Positions 38,675 through 48,414 are shown, counted from the first letter of the whole stretch. The stretch is 63,861 nt of DNA, filler included, from an uncultured Methanosarcinales archaeon (GCA_964604995.1; 6 parts of 6 records of this genome joined end to end with filler, not necessarily neighbours in it); one strand, 5' to 3'. Numbers and translations: made by a program. Notes: generated from the letters alone by a model not told the origin.

Positions 38675-39541
38675 TTAAGCCATAGCTGGAGCATAATTAG
38701 AATTATAATTATTGCTTGTATTTGAATAAGTATTTGATAATTTATCCTTTGAAGTATTGTCAATTGTTTGTTTCATCTTTTTTACAGATGATAATGAAGA
38801 TGATGCAATTCTATAAATTGTACTAAGTGTAGCTGCAAGAGCATATTTTGTTGTCATCTCTGTTGTGAAAATATTATTGTAAATAGCACCACTTGCATAA
38901 AGGCCAGGAACAGGTTTTGTATAAACATTTTTCATTGATGTTTTGAAATTTTTTCTTAATGAATCATAACCCAATTTAAGCACACCCAAACCTTTCTCCT
39001 TTGTTTCTTTGAAAAGTTTACTAGGTGTATAATTTTTAATATAAGGTGAAACATACAAATTTGCAGCATTGAATGCTGGAATTGATGCTAAAGCAACATA
39101 TGCTGCTTTTGCAGGAATTGTTGCAAAGTATCCAACACCTTGAAAAAGATAATTAAGCAATCCGCCCATGATTTGTCCTAGATAAAATTGGTCTTTCGCA
39201 TCTTTCCTTTTAAATTTTTCACCATTTTTCTTTTTGATAATTGATTCACCAACCATAAACCCAGCAGAAGTTATTGCTGGCCCGAACCCATATGTTCCAA
39301 GAGTGTATCCCAAAGTTCCAGTTAAAAGTACTGCACTTGAAATAGCCTTGTAAGTTTTAGAAAAGGCTTTTTCGAATATTGTTTTGTTTTCATTATTGGA
39401 ATTTAAATTTAATTTTGAATCTATTGATTCTGTTTTTATAGGAGTTTTTTCTTGAGAAATAGAAGGAGTAGTATTACTATTATTAACAATTTCATCAAGT
39501 TGTTTTTCATTTTTTGTTTGTTGTGAATTTGTTATTGACAT
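38675..39541 (-). CDS. Hypothetical protein with Gly/Ala-rich hydrophobic helices
   Basis: ATG at 39541 with a GGGGT SD; low-complexity termini. Confidence 0.7.
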   Translation of the reverse strand: MSITNSQQTKNEKQLDEIVNNSNTTPSISQEKTPIKTESIDSKLNLNSNNENKTIFEKAFSKTYKAISSAVLLTGTLGYTLGTYGFGPAITSAGFMVGESIIKKKNGEKFKRKDAKDQFYLGQIMGGLLNYLFQGVGYFATIPAKAAYVALASIPAFNAANLYVSPYIKNYTPSKLFKETKEKGLGVLKLGYDSLRKNFKTSMKNVYTKPVPGLYASGAIYNNIFTTEMTTKYALAATLSTIYRIASSSLSSVKKMKQTIDNTSKDKLSNTYSNTSNNYNSNYAPAMA

Positions 39542-39653
39542 TTTTACCCCCCTAATTAACATTAGTATGGTTTTACCACTATTTGAATATTATTGTCCCC
39601 CAAGGGGGTCGTAATAGTAACATTTATATATGAAAATAGCTACAAATGTACTT

Positions 39654-40424
39654 ATGGACACAAAAATACTCCAAGAAATTGGATTGACATCTGGTGAAAC
39701 CAAGGTGTATTTGGCATTATTAAAATTAGGTTCTACAAAAACAGGACCTTTAGCAAAAGAAGCAAATGTGTCTTCATCAAAAGTTTATAAGATACTTGAT
39801 AGATTAATGAAAAAAGGTCTTGCTGGACATATCATTAGAGGAAAAATAAAATATTTTCAAGCAATGGAACCTAGTAGTATAATAAATTATCTTGATGAAA
39901 AAGAAAAGCAAATGCAAGAAAAAAGAAAATTTGTTGAACAATTATTACCTCAACTTGAAAATCGAAAAAATGCTGGATTAAATCTTACAAATGCATCAAT
40001 TTATGATGGATTTAAAGCAGTTACAAATTTAATATGGAATATTGTTGATGAATTAAAGCCAAAAGAAACTTATTATGTTATTGGTGCATACTATGGCAAT
40101 CTTCCCTCTCCAGCAACCGAAGTTCCGGGATTAAGAGCGTTTTTTCAAAAGCACCATACCAGAAGAGCAAAGAAAGGGGTAATTGTTAAGATGCTTGCCA
40201 ATAATAATTTGAAAGGAAAAATGATGCCAGCAACTGCCATTAAATCAGAAATAAAATATCTCCCACAATATTTAATAACAAACATGCAAATTGTTTTTTA
40301 TAAAAATAAAACAATTATTATTTTATTTACTCAATCACCAATTGCATTTCTAATTGAAAGTTCTGAAGCAGTTGAAAGTTTTAAAATATATTTTGATACA
40401 TTTTGGAACATTGCACAAAAATAA
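39654..40424 (+). CDS. TrmB-family transcriptional regulator
   Basis: LQEIGLTSGETKVYLALLKLG..KVYKILDRL.KKGL; C-terminal PLD-like effector domain (YFDTFW). Confidence 0.9.
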   Translation: MDTKILQEIGLTSGETKVYLALLKLGSTKTGPLAKEANVSSSKVYKILDRLMKKGLAGHIIRGKIKYFQAMEPSSIINYLDEKEKQMQEKRKFVEQLLPQLENRKNAGLNLTNASIYDGFKAVTNLIWNIVDELKPKETYYVIGAYYGNLPSPATEVPGLRAFFQKHHTRRAKKGVIVKMLANNNLKGKMMPATAIKSEIKYLPQYLITNMQIVFYKNKTIIILFTQSPIAFLIESSEAVESFKIYFDTFWNIAQK

Positions 40425-40534
40425 GTAACAAAATCCAAGATAATTTATAAAATATACTACTAATAAGGAGTTATTTTAGTTAAATTTATAAATAACTTTT
40501 TATTCTGAAGAAAAATAATACTGGTGATTATAAA

Positions 40535-40978
40535 ATGACAACCAAATCTTTGTTAAGATATTTAACGAGTAATTATGATCCTGTAAAAACATATGATATT
40601 ATTCATGTAGATTCAGATAGATTACTTACAAATGAATTAAAGAAAACATTCGAAACAAAAAAAGTTAATGATAAAGAGATATCTTATTTTCCACTGAGCA
40701 ATGTGAATAGTTTGATTGATTTATTATCAACTAACCACACTGCGTATATTTGGATACTGGATTCAAAGTTACCCTCTTTTGCTGGAATGCCTCTTTCAAG
40801 TAAAGATGGTTTAAGATACAGCCAAAGCATAGCTAAAAATTACCCAGAAGATAAAGTCATTTTATACACAAATGAACTTGTTGTGCCTCCTGATAAAGTT
40901 ATATTAATAAAAAAGAAAGATGGGAATGATGAACTTATAAATAGAGTTATGCAAGAATTAAGTAAACTAAAAAAATAA
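40535..40978 (+). CDS. Stand-alone response-regulator receiver-like protein
   Basis: IIHVDSD, WILDSKLP, DG, VILYT and IKK are spaced like a CheY fold. Confidence 0.55.
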   Translation: MTTKSLLRYLTSNYDPVKTYDIIHVDSDRLLTNELKKTFETKKVNDKEISYFPLSNVNSLIDLLSTNHTAYIWILDSKLPSFAGMPLSSKDGLRYSQSIAKNYPEDKVILYTNELVVPPDKVILIKKKDGNDELINRVMQELSKLKK

Positions 40979-41120
40979 ATTTTATTTGAATTTCTTATAA
41001 TTTTAATTGAGTATTGTATAATTGATTTAAATTTTCTGATAAGGTTTATATACACCTTCTTGGCTTCTAGTTATTGTGTCGGATATATTTGTTAGTTGAT
41101 TTTAATTCGCATTGAGTTTT

Positions 41121-41184
41121 AGAGGATTGAACAAAGTGAAATCCTCTCAAGGACGATTCCGTGCGAGCGAAGGTCAGCTCTCTT
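41121..41184 (+). ncRNA. Candidate structured 5' leader of tRNA-Ala
   Basis: AGAGGATT/AATCCTCT hairpin with a GAACAAAGTGA loop, then CCGTGCGAGCGAAGGTCAGCTCT; TATA at about 41045-41052. Confidence 0.6.
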
Positions 41185-41258
41185 GGGCTGGTAGTTAAAT
41201 CCGGCATAACGCCCCGTTGGCAATGGGGAGGCTCCGGGTTCAAATCCCGGCCAGTCCA
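41185..41258 (+). tRNA. tRNA-Ala(GGC)
   Basis: GGGCTGG/CCAGTCC acceptor with G3:U70; CCCCG-TTGGCAA-TGGGG anticodon arm; CCGGG-TTCAAAT-CCCGG T arm. Confidence 0.96.
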
Positions 41259-41517
41259 CTATACCATTTTGGAAAATTTTAGGGATTTTCGTCGAGAAAT
41301 CCTTTGATTATACCACAAAGGGCATCAAGACGGCCAGTCCACTACCTACTTATGGGATATTTTAGGGATTTGTTTAAATAAAATCGTGACTTCTATAATA
41401 TTGTTGGAGTCTATTGTACTCAGTAGATGAGTGGACGGGAAAGGAGTATTATTTAATCAATAATCAAAAAGTTTATAAATCATAATTTATTATAACTAGT
41501 TATAGGAGGTTATAATC

Positions 41518-41736
41518 ATGGCTACAACAATACAAATATCAGACAATATCAAACAAGTACTTGACAGGATGAAAATCTTTGAAAGGGAAAGCTATAATGA
41601 AGTTATTGAAAGGATGGTAGAAGATGATCTCGAGCTCAATCAAAAAACAAAACTTGAGATTGAAGCAGCTAAAAAACGAATTGCATCTGGAAAATTTTTG
41701 ACACAAGAACAAGTTGAGAAGAGATTCTTAGTGTAA
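41518..41736 (+). CDS. Antitoxin (RHH-like N-terminus), TA pair 1
   Basis: MATTIQIS..L..MK...ESYNEVIERM; GGAGG SD; palindrome TATAACTAGTTATA upstream. Confidence 0.85.
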   Translation: MATTIQISDNIKQVLDRMKIFERESYNEVIERMVEDDLELNQKTKLEIEAAKKRIASGKFLTQEQVEKRFLV

Positions 41737-41737
41737 A

Positions 41738-41989
41738 ATGGAATTCAAAATAATATGGGATGAAAAAGCAGTTGCAGAGCTTGATAAGCTTGAAGCAATA
41801 ATTAGTAGACGAATTGTTAAAAAAGTCAGAGAATTATCACCTGATCCCTACACAAAAGATGTTAGGAAACTCAAAGGTGAAATGGGATTCAGGCTCAGAG
41901 TTGGTGATTACCGAATCATTTTTTTAATTGATAAAAATATTATAAACATTCTAAAAGTTGGACATCGAAGAAATATATACTACAAGTGA
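41738..41989 (+). CDS. relE: RelE/ParE-family toxin 1
   Basis: KLKG..FRLRVGDYRIIF..KVGHRRNIY. Confidence 0.93.
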   Translation: MEFKIIWDEKAVAELDKLEAIISRRIVKKVRELSPDPYTKDVRKLKGEMGFRLRVGDYRIIFLIDKNIINILKVGHRRNIYYK

Positions 41990-42095
41990 CTGTTCCTTCA
42001 TAACGTAGCATATCGACGAACAAGCGACCTAAAATCCAAACATTTATATATTTGTTATAACAACTATATAATAAAGCAGAATATAAGGTAATAAT

Positions 42096-42326
42096 ATGGC
42101 AACAACGATTCAAGTTCAAAACAATACTTTAGATAGGCTGAAATATTTTAAAGAACATGGCAAAGAAAGTTATGATGAAGTAATAAATAAATTGATTGAT
42201 AATATTGAAGAGGGAGAACTTTCTGAGGAAACTATGGAAGGAATTTCTAGAGGAATTGCTTACATTAAAGCCAAAAAAACAAAACCAATTGATGAAGTAG
42301 CAAGAAAATTTGGTGTAAAATTATAA
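42096..42326 (+). CDS. Antitoxin, TA pair 2
   Basis: MATTIQV..ESYDEVINKL; palindrome TTGTTATAACAA next to the TATA box. Confidence 0.85.
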   Translation: MATTIQVQNNTLDRLKYFKEHGKESYDEVINKLIDNIEEGELSEETMEGISRGIAYIKAKKTKPIDEVARKFGVKL

Positions 42327-42327
42327 G

Positions 42328-42576
42328 ATGTTTAACATTGAAATTTCACAGGAAGCAGAAAACGATCTGAAAAAATTGTCAAAGGAAAATATTACAATAA
42401 TTCTTAAGAAGATTTATTCTATAAAAGAGAACCCCCTTCATTTTGTTGAAAGATTAACGGGACTTTCATTCTGGAAACTAAGAATAGGTGATTATAGGGC
42501 AATTTTGCAGATTAATACTGGTAGCAAGATAATATTTGTCGTAAAGATTGGTCATAGGAAGAACATTTACAAGTGA
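42328..42576 (+). CDS. relE: RelE/ParE-family toxin 2
   Basis: WKLRIGDYRAI..KIGHRKNIY. Confidence 0.93.
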   Translation: MFNIEISQEAENDLKKLSKENITIILKKIYSIKENPLHFVERLTGLSFWKLRIGDYRAILQINTGSKIIFVVKIGHRKNIYK

Positions 42577-42697
42577 ATTCTTAGAAATGATGGTTACTTG
42601 AAAACATTGCATATCGACGAACAATCGGCCAGTCCATATTTTGCATTTCTTGCCTAATTCAAAAGATATAAATATATAAATCCTTAAGGGGCATATC

Positions 42698-43063
42698 ATG
42701 GAAGAAAATACTAATAAAATTTTTAGGAATTCTATTTATATAGGTGGGGGATACACTTTAATCTTAGTGTTATTAGATTTATTCTTAACCGGAAATGGGT
42801 TTTTTAGATTTTTGTGGAAACCATTTTATTTATTTTATGATAAGTTACCTAATATTTGTACTAAAATTTACACTGCACCGCAACAAGAGAATGTCAATAT
42901 ACCCACAAGCTCGGATGCATTACAAGGAACACCCTTATGTAATTTTATTTATAAAGTAATACTTATATTCGTTATTGGTACAATTATCGGTGCTGCAATA
43001 ACTTTTGCGTATCAAAGATTAAAAACCATTTATCTTGATAAGTTTAACGCAAAGAAAGAATAA
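42698..43063 (+). CDS. Two-TM membrane protein
   Basis: Two hydrophobic helices flanking a Cys-pair loop. Confidence 0.7.
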   Translation: MEENTNKIFRNSIYIGGGYTLILVLLDLFLTGNGFFRFLWKPFYLFYDKLPNICTKIYTAPQQENVNIPTSSDALQGTPLCNFIYKVILIFVIGTIIGAAITFAYQRLKTIYLDKFNAKKE

Positions 43064-43168
43064 ATGGATGTTTTTTCACACATAAATCCTTTTCATAGGA
43101 ACAAAACTTCCAGATTGATGATCGGCCCACTATTATTTTCTGAAGAGAGTATTGAAGAAATAATGGAT

Positions 43169-43969
43169 TTATTCTGTTTTTTTAAAATCCAAATCAACAC
43201 AAATTGGTCTGTGATCTGAGATATAATCACCTAATGTAGCTTTTTTAACAATAAGTTTTTTTGTCAAAAACCAATCTAATTTAAGTTTAAAAAGTTCAAT
43301 TTTAAAAGGAGGTGTTGCCCAAGTAACACTTTTTAAAGGCAGCGCTTCTATAAATCCTAATTTTTTTGCTTCATTATAAAAAAAATATCTTTCGTCTTCT
43401 AAAATGTATTTTCCATTTACTATGTGGGTTTTATTAGGTTCTTTATGAAACAACTGAATTATTTTTCTTGAAAATCCTTCTTTTACAATTGTAGTGTTTA
43501 AATCCCCACAAATAATTACCGGATATTTTAATTTTTTACAATGATTTATGACTTTTTTTAATTGCATTATTCTATGACTTATTCCCCCACCAATAATTTT
43601 AAAGTGACAATTATAGATACGAACTTTTTGATTATATATTTTTATATCCACCCACAATGCATTTTCAAAATGTTGTTTTTCTTTTTCAACCATGCTAAAA
43701 AATAATTCACCAGTCTGTAAAATTTTATATTTACTAAAGATAAGATTATTATTCCCTTCGATTATTTTAGCTGGATAATCAACAGAACTTACAAAAGGAT
43801 AATAAGATAACATTTTCAAATAATATTTTCTTATTTTTCCAACAGGTATTTCCTGCAAACAAAGTATGTCTGCATCAATATTATTGATATGTGTGATTAT
43901 TTTAGCTGGTGAAGTAGAACCATAATAATCTATCCCATTAACATTCCAACACAGTACTTTAAATCCCAT
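43169..43969 (-). CDS. Endonuclease/exonuclease/phosphatase (EEP) family protein
   Basis: WNV, DILCLQE, N.H, ICGDLN, LDW, SDHRP. Confidence 0.92.
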   Translation of the reverse strand: MGFKVLCWNVNGIDYYGSTSPAKIITHINNIDADILCLQEIPVGKIRKYYLKMLSYYPFVSSVDYPAKIIEGNNNLIFSKYKILQTGELFFSMVEKEKQHFENALWVDIKIYNQKVRIYNCHFKIIGGGISHRIMQLKKVINHCKKLKYPVIICGDLNTTIVKEGFSRKIIQLFHKEPNKTHIVNGKYILEDERYFFYNEAKKLGFIEALPLKSVTWATPPFKIELFKLKLDWFLTKKLIVKKATLGDYISDHRPICVDLDFKKTE

Positions 43970-44144
43970 AACCAAAATTAAGGTACCATATTCAAATAGT
44001 TTTCTATATTATTTTATATCTTAAATATAAATTATCAAAACTATTATATACTTAAAAAATAAGGAATTAATTATAAAACTAAAAAAGTTGAATATCACAT
44101 TTAAAAAAAGAGGTGAGAGAGGAATAAATTTGTGAGGTGGGCTA

Positions 44145-44258
44145 ATGACATTATGCCCTGAATGTTTTGGAGTGCTTAAAATCGAGCCAGCTCCTCCAAC
44201 AGGCAACATTGTAGAGTGCCCTAATTGTGGTTGGAGAAGATTAGAAAGAGAAATTTGA
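44145..44258 (+). CDS. 37-aa zinc-ribbon microprotein (absent from the ORF track)
   Basis: MTLCPECFGVLKIEPAPPTGNIVECPNCGWRRLEREI with a GAGGTG SD. Confidence 0.75.
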   Translation: MTLCPECFGVLKIEPAPPTGNIVECPNCGWRRLEREI

Positions 44259-44433
44259 AATAAATTTAAAGTGATGTAATTGATTGGATTTCTTATTGAT
44301 TTAATTAGAGATATTATGCTTTGATATAATTAAAAATTAGGATAAGTGAAAAAGATAATTAATAACAAAAATAGTATAATTTTGTTATTATAATAACATT
44401 ATGTTTATTAATAAATAAAGATTCTAAAAAAAT

Positions 44434-44814
44434 ATGAGAAGTGAACAAACAACCATGTTAAGAGAACTTGATCCAGCAATAATATGTAATAATCTTGCAA
44501 ATATTGTTGAAAATGTAGAACACAATTATAGTGATATGACCCCAAAACAATTTATCAGCCATGAAGGAGTTAAAGAAAAAGTAGAAAAAATATTTTATGA
44601 TACTTTAATAGAATTTTATAATGCAAAGCCAAATGATATTTTTGGAAGAGCATATCTAAAAGAAGTTGGAATTCAATTAAAAAAAGAAAATGATTTAGCA
44701 ACATTAATCTTCAAGATGAACCAAAATCCTATTGCAAATGCAAACATTGATTTTTCTTCTAAAATTAATGAACAAAGTGATAAATACCATATGCAAGTTA
44801 ATTATTTAGTATAA
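44434..44814 (+). CDS. Hypothetical protein
   Basis: 126-aa ORF. Confidence 0.65.
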   Translation: MRSEQTTMLRELDPAIICNNLANIVENVEHNYSDMTPKQFISHEGVKEKVEKIFYDTLIEFYNAKPNDIFGRAYLKEVGIQLKKENDLATLIFKMNQNPIANANIDFSSKINEQSDKYHMQVNYLV

Positions 44815-44993
44815 AATCCATAAAAATCCTAAAAGATTAAGTTTCTGATTAATCTCTATTATACATATAACATTTGGCTAATGTTTATATCCTACTTAAG
44901 AACCCATTTGATATTATAAATTAAGAATACAACAAACAAAGTAGTAAAAAACACTTTACAGCAACTTCAAAGCAGAGATTTCAGTGATAACAA

Positions 44994-45140
44994 ATGCAAC
45001 AATTACAAATACTTAAATGGTTTCTTTACTTTTGTATTTTTTTAATGGGTTTGATTATAGGTAGAGTTACAATGGCTGTACAATATGAAACTATGAACCC
45101 AAAAAAAGATACAAAATTAGAAGGAAATAGTCAAAAATAA
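44994..45140 (+). CDS. 48-aa single-TM microprotein (absent from the ORF track)
   Basis: MQQLQILKWFLYFCIFLMGLIIGRVTMAVQYE...; GTGAT SD-like element. Confidence 0.55.
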   Translation: MQQLQILKWFLYFCIFLMGLIIGRVTMAVQYETMNPKKDTKLEGNSQK

Positions 45141-45189
45141 TTTTTAATTATAACAAAAACTTATAAAACAAAGCTTCTTAATAATTTTA

Positions 45190-46881
45190 ATGCAAAGAAA
45201 AGCTAAAGTGAACCAAGTATTCAAAGATGAGGCTCTTTCTTTAGCATTAGATACAATTTTTATTGGTAAACAAGCATTTGTATTTGTAAATGCAAAGCGT
45301 TCTGCTGAGAAAACCGCAGAAGAAATCGCAAAAAAAATAAAACAAACAAGTCAAACAGATTTAGTGTTAGAAGAAATTTCTAATAAATTGTTAAAAGTTT
45401 TATCAAAACCAACAAAGCAATGCGAAAGATTAGCATTTTGTGCAAAAAAAGGGATTGCTTTTCACCATGCTGGTTTGCATTCAGAACAGCGCGAAATTAT
45501 CGAAGATGAATTTCGAAAAGGTACAATAAAAATAATATGCTGCACACCAACTCTTGCTGCAGGAGTTGATTTGCCTGCATTTAGAACAATTATAAGAGAT
45601 CTTAAAAGATTTGGACATATGGGTCTTAATTGGATTCCAGTTTTAGAATATTTACAACAAGCTGGACGTGCTGGCAGACCAAAATTTGACTCATTTGGAG
45701 AATCCATTATAATAGCAGAAACTGAATCTGAAAAAGAATTGCTTTATGAAAAATATATCAAAGGAGAGCCTGAAGAAATTTATTCAAAACTTGCAGTTGA
45801 ACCAGCTCTTAGAACTTATCTTTTAAGTTTAATTGCATCTGATTTTGTTAATACTCACGAGAGAATATATGGATTTTTTTCAAAAACTTTCTGGGCACAT
45901 CAATTTAAAGATATGAAAAAATTGCAAAAAATAATTGACAAAATGCTTTTTTTACTTGAAGAGTGGGAATTTATTAAAGGAGCAAATAATAAAAATAAGA
46001 TTACTAAAGATTTTGAACATAAAACACATTCTAAAACCACATCAAAAGAAAGCATTATAAAAGATATAATGGAAGATTTCATATCGGCAGATGAGATTGA
46101 TAATAAGGATAAAAACCCAACAAGAATAATTGCATCGCTTTTAGGTAAAAGAGTTGCTGAATTATATATTGATCCTTTTACTGCAAATTATTTAATCAGT
46201 AATTTAAAAAAGAGCATTAACATAAAAGCTCAAGAATTCTCGTTATTACATCTTGTTTGTTATACAATTGAAATGAGACCACTTTTAAGCCCAAGAGCAA
46301 AAGACCAAGAAGCAATAAATGAAGCTTTGTTGCAATATGATGGCATTCTTCTTGAAAAAGAACCAAGCATGTTTGAAGATGAATATGATTCTTATTTATC
46401 ATCAATAAAAACTGCATTATTTATGAATGATTGGATTGATGAAAAAGATGAAGAATATCTGCTTGAAAAATATAATATAAGGCCAGGAGAAATTAAATCA
46501 AAGCTTGACAATGCAGATTGGCTTTTGTATGCATGTGAAGAACTTGCAAGAATAGTTAAATTAAGTAATGAAAAAAATAATGATATAATTAAACAAATAA
46601 AAAAGACAAGGTTTCGAATAAAATATGGAATCAAAGAAGAATTAATCCCTCTTGTTAGATTAGAAGGAATTGGTAGAGTTAGAGCAAGATTATTATTCAA
46701 TAATAAAATAAGAGATTTAGCTGATATCAAAAAAGCAGAGTTTACAACATTAAAACAATTACTAGGAGAAAAATTAGCACAAAGTATCAAAAGTCAAGTA
46801 GACCAAGATATAACAAAACTTCCAGTAAAAGAAAACAAAAGAAAAGGGCAAATTGCTTTGAAAGATTATGATAAAAATTAA
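45190..46881 (+). CDS. hel308: Hel308/Hjm (Ski2-like) helicase, C-terminal portion only (RecA2, winged helix, ratchet, HhH)
   Basis: VFVNAKR, AFHHAGL, TPTLAAGVDLPA, QAGRAGRP.FD, GIGRVRAR; no Walker A or DEAH motif. Confidence 0.9.
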   Translation: MQRKAKVNQVFKDEALSLALDTIFIGKQAFVFVNAKRSAEKTAEEIAKKIKQTSQTDLVLEEISNKLLKVLSKPTKQCERLAFCAKKGIAFHHAGLHSEQREIIEDEFRKGTIKIICCTPTLAAGVDLPAFRTIIRDLKRFGHMGLNWIPVLEYLQQAGRAGRPKFDSFGESIIIAETESEKELLYEKYIKGEPEEIYSKLAVEPALRTYLLSLIASDFVNTHERIYGFFSKTFWAHQFKDMKKLQKIIDKMLFLLEEWEFIKGANNKNKITKDFEHKTHSKTTSKESIIKDIMEDFISADEIDNKDKNPTRIIASLLGKRVAELYIDPFTANYLISNLKKSINIKAQEFSLLHLVCYTIEMRPLLSPRAKDQEAINEALLQYDGILLEKEPSMFEDEYDSYLSSIKTALFMNDWIDEKDEEYLLEKYNIRPGEIKSKLDNADWLLYACEELARIVKLSNEKNNDIIKQIKKTRFRIKYGIKEELIPLVRLEGIGRVRARLLFNNKIRDLADIKKAEFTTLKQLLGEKLAQSIKSQVDQDITKLPVKENKRKGQIALKDYDKN

Positions 46882-46974
46882 AGAAAGTATTTTAATTAAC
46901 AAAAACTACTTATTAGTAGTAATTAAGACATAGCTTTAAAAATCATCAAATTCTTCTAAGTTATTAGAAACACT

Positions 46975-48258
46975 ATGGATGAAAGATTACTAATACCTGA
47001 AACATTGAAAAATCACTCATATGAAGAAAGATTAAATTTAGTTAAAAAAATATTTTTTATTACAGACAATGATTTAAAAAAAATTCCAAAATCAGAAAAT
47101 AAATTAAGTAATCCTGCTGCAATAGAGAGTGCTGCAAAACTAATTTATAAAAAATTGATTAATGAAGGTTACGATACGTTTTATGCATTGGAAAATATAA
47201 ACCCTACTTCCCTTGCAACATTACTTAGTGATAATGAAGATTTTGAGCTATCAAAAAAACAGATATCTAATGGAATTCACCATTTTTATAAAGAAGATAG
47301 AGATAATTTAAGAGGGAAAAATATTCTTGAAGATAGCAATGTTGGTATTAATGAAACAAAGGTATCAAATGTTAAGATTAACAATTTAGATATAAATTCA
47401 ACAACTGCACTTAGAATCAAAGTATACCATGATATTGAAGATATTGATTTAACCATTAATTCTTCTGAATCAAAAAAAATATGGGGGGAAGAAATTGGTT
47501 TCTCTGGCTATGATTTGATGAGAGGAATAAAAATACCAAAAGTGAATTTAGAATTTGCGATTTTAATTGGACTCATAAATTTAACAGGATCTATCCCACC
47601 AAGTATCAAAAAAGAAGATAAACCAGATGGAATACATTCAAAAGTTTACAATGAAGAAGAACTAAACATTCTAGAAAATGAAAAAGATTCAGATAAAAAT
47701 GGAGGTTATAGGGTAAGATTAAGTTATATGACAAGTACTAAAAAAGGAATAATTGGTAAACAGGACGTGTTGTATAATGAAACAATTTTACCATTGATTA
47801 GAAAAGTATTTAATTTGTATACTTACAAAGATCCAACAACAAAAGGTTCAATTGATATTAATTCAAAAGCTATTTGGTCAGTATTTATGAAAGTTTTATC
47901 TATGGGTAGAAAAATTGAAGAAAGAAAATTAATAACTGCAAATGATATACCTAAAACGGCAGTTGATTGTGAAATTAAAGATCTTGAAATGGGTTTGTAT
48001 ATTGGACAACTTGCAGGAAAATTAAGAATAATAACTGATAAAGGATATCCTGTTGGAAATATTAACATGCAAAATAATGAACAATTATTATTGCAATTAG
48101 AAAAGTATTCAAAGCAAATGGGATACCCTGGCAATTTAAGATTAAATAATACAAGAATTGGATATACAAAAGAAGTAGTTGGAAAAATGTTAGAATCCGA
48201 CTTTTTAAAAAATCAAAATTTTGGATATAAAAATTATAAAGGCATAATTTTAAAATGA
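46975..48258 (+). CDS. Hypothetical protein, C-terminal half resembles a degenerate double LAGLIDADG
   Basis: EFAILIGLINLTGSI, IRKVFNL, INSKAI, GLYIGQLAG, EQLLLQL..MGY. Confidence 0.45.
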   Translation: MDERLLIPETLKNHSYEERLNLVKKIFFITDNDLKKIPKSENKLSNPAAIESAAKLIYKKLINEGYDTFYALENINPTSLATLLSDNEDFELSKKQISNGIHHFYKEDRDNLRGKNILEDSNVGINETKVSNVKINNLDINSTTALRIKVYHDIEDIDLTINSSESKKIWGEEIGFSGYDLMRGIKIPKVNLEFAILIGLINLTGSIPPSIKKEDKPDGIHSKVYNEEELNILENEKDSDKNGGYRVRLSYMTSTKKGIIGKQDVLYNETILPLIRKVFNLYTYKDPTTKGSIDINSKAIWSVFMKVLSMGRKIEERKLITANDIPKTAVDCEIKDLEMGLYIGQLAGKLRIITDKGYPVGNINMQNNEQLLLQLEKYSKQMGYPGNLRLNNTRIGYTKEVVGKMLESDFLKNQNFGYKNYKGIILK

Positions 48259-48414
48259 GTTATTTTTAATATTTTTTAAATTAAGTGTTGTTAATTATAC
48301 AATTAAAATTAAGTAGAATTCTGTTAAGTAATGGTTAAAAACAAATAAAAACAGATAGTGGTCATCTTTTGATTTAGACTATCTGCACAAAAATAAATAA
48401 TACTACAAAAAGAC

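Larger units (their letters stand above)
41248..42636 (+). repeat. Direct repeats of the tRNA-Ala 3' end (att-like)
   Basis: CGGCCAGTCCACTA at 41248-41261 and 41331-41344; CGGCCAGTCCA at 42626-42636. Confidence 0.8.

Noticed and set aside
39597..39608. CCCCC-AA-GGGGG palindrome between divergent genes
   Set aside because: Single short occurrence. It could be a TrmB operator but nothing else supports that.
44021..44209. 62-aa minus-strand ORF
   Set aside because: Overlaps the better-supported plus-strand zinc-ribbon microprotein, which has an SD.
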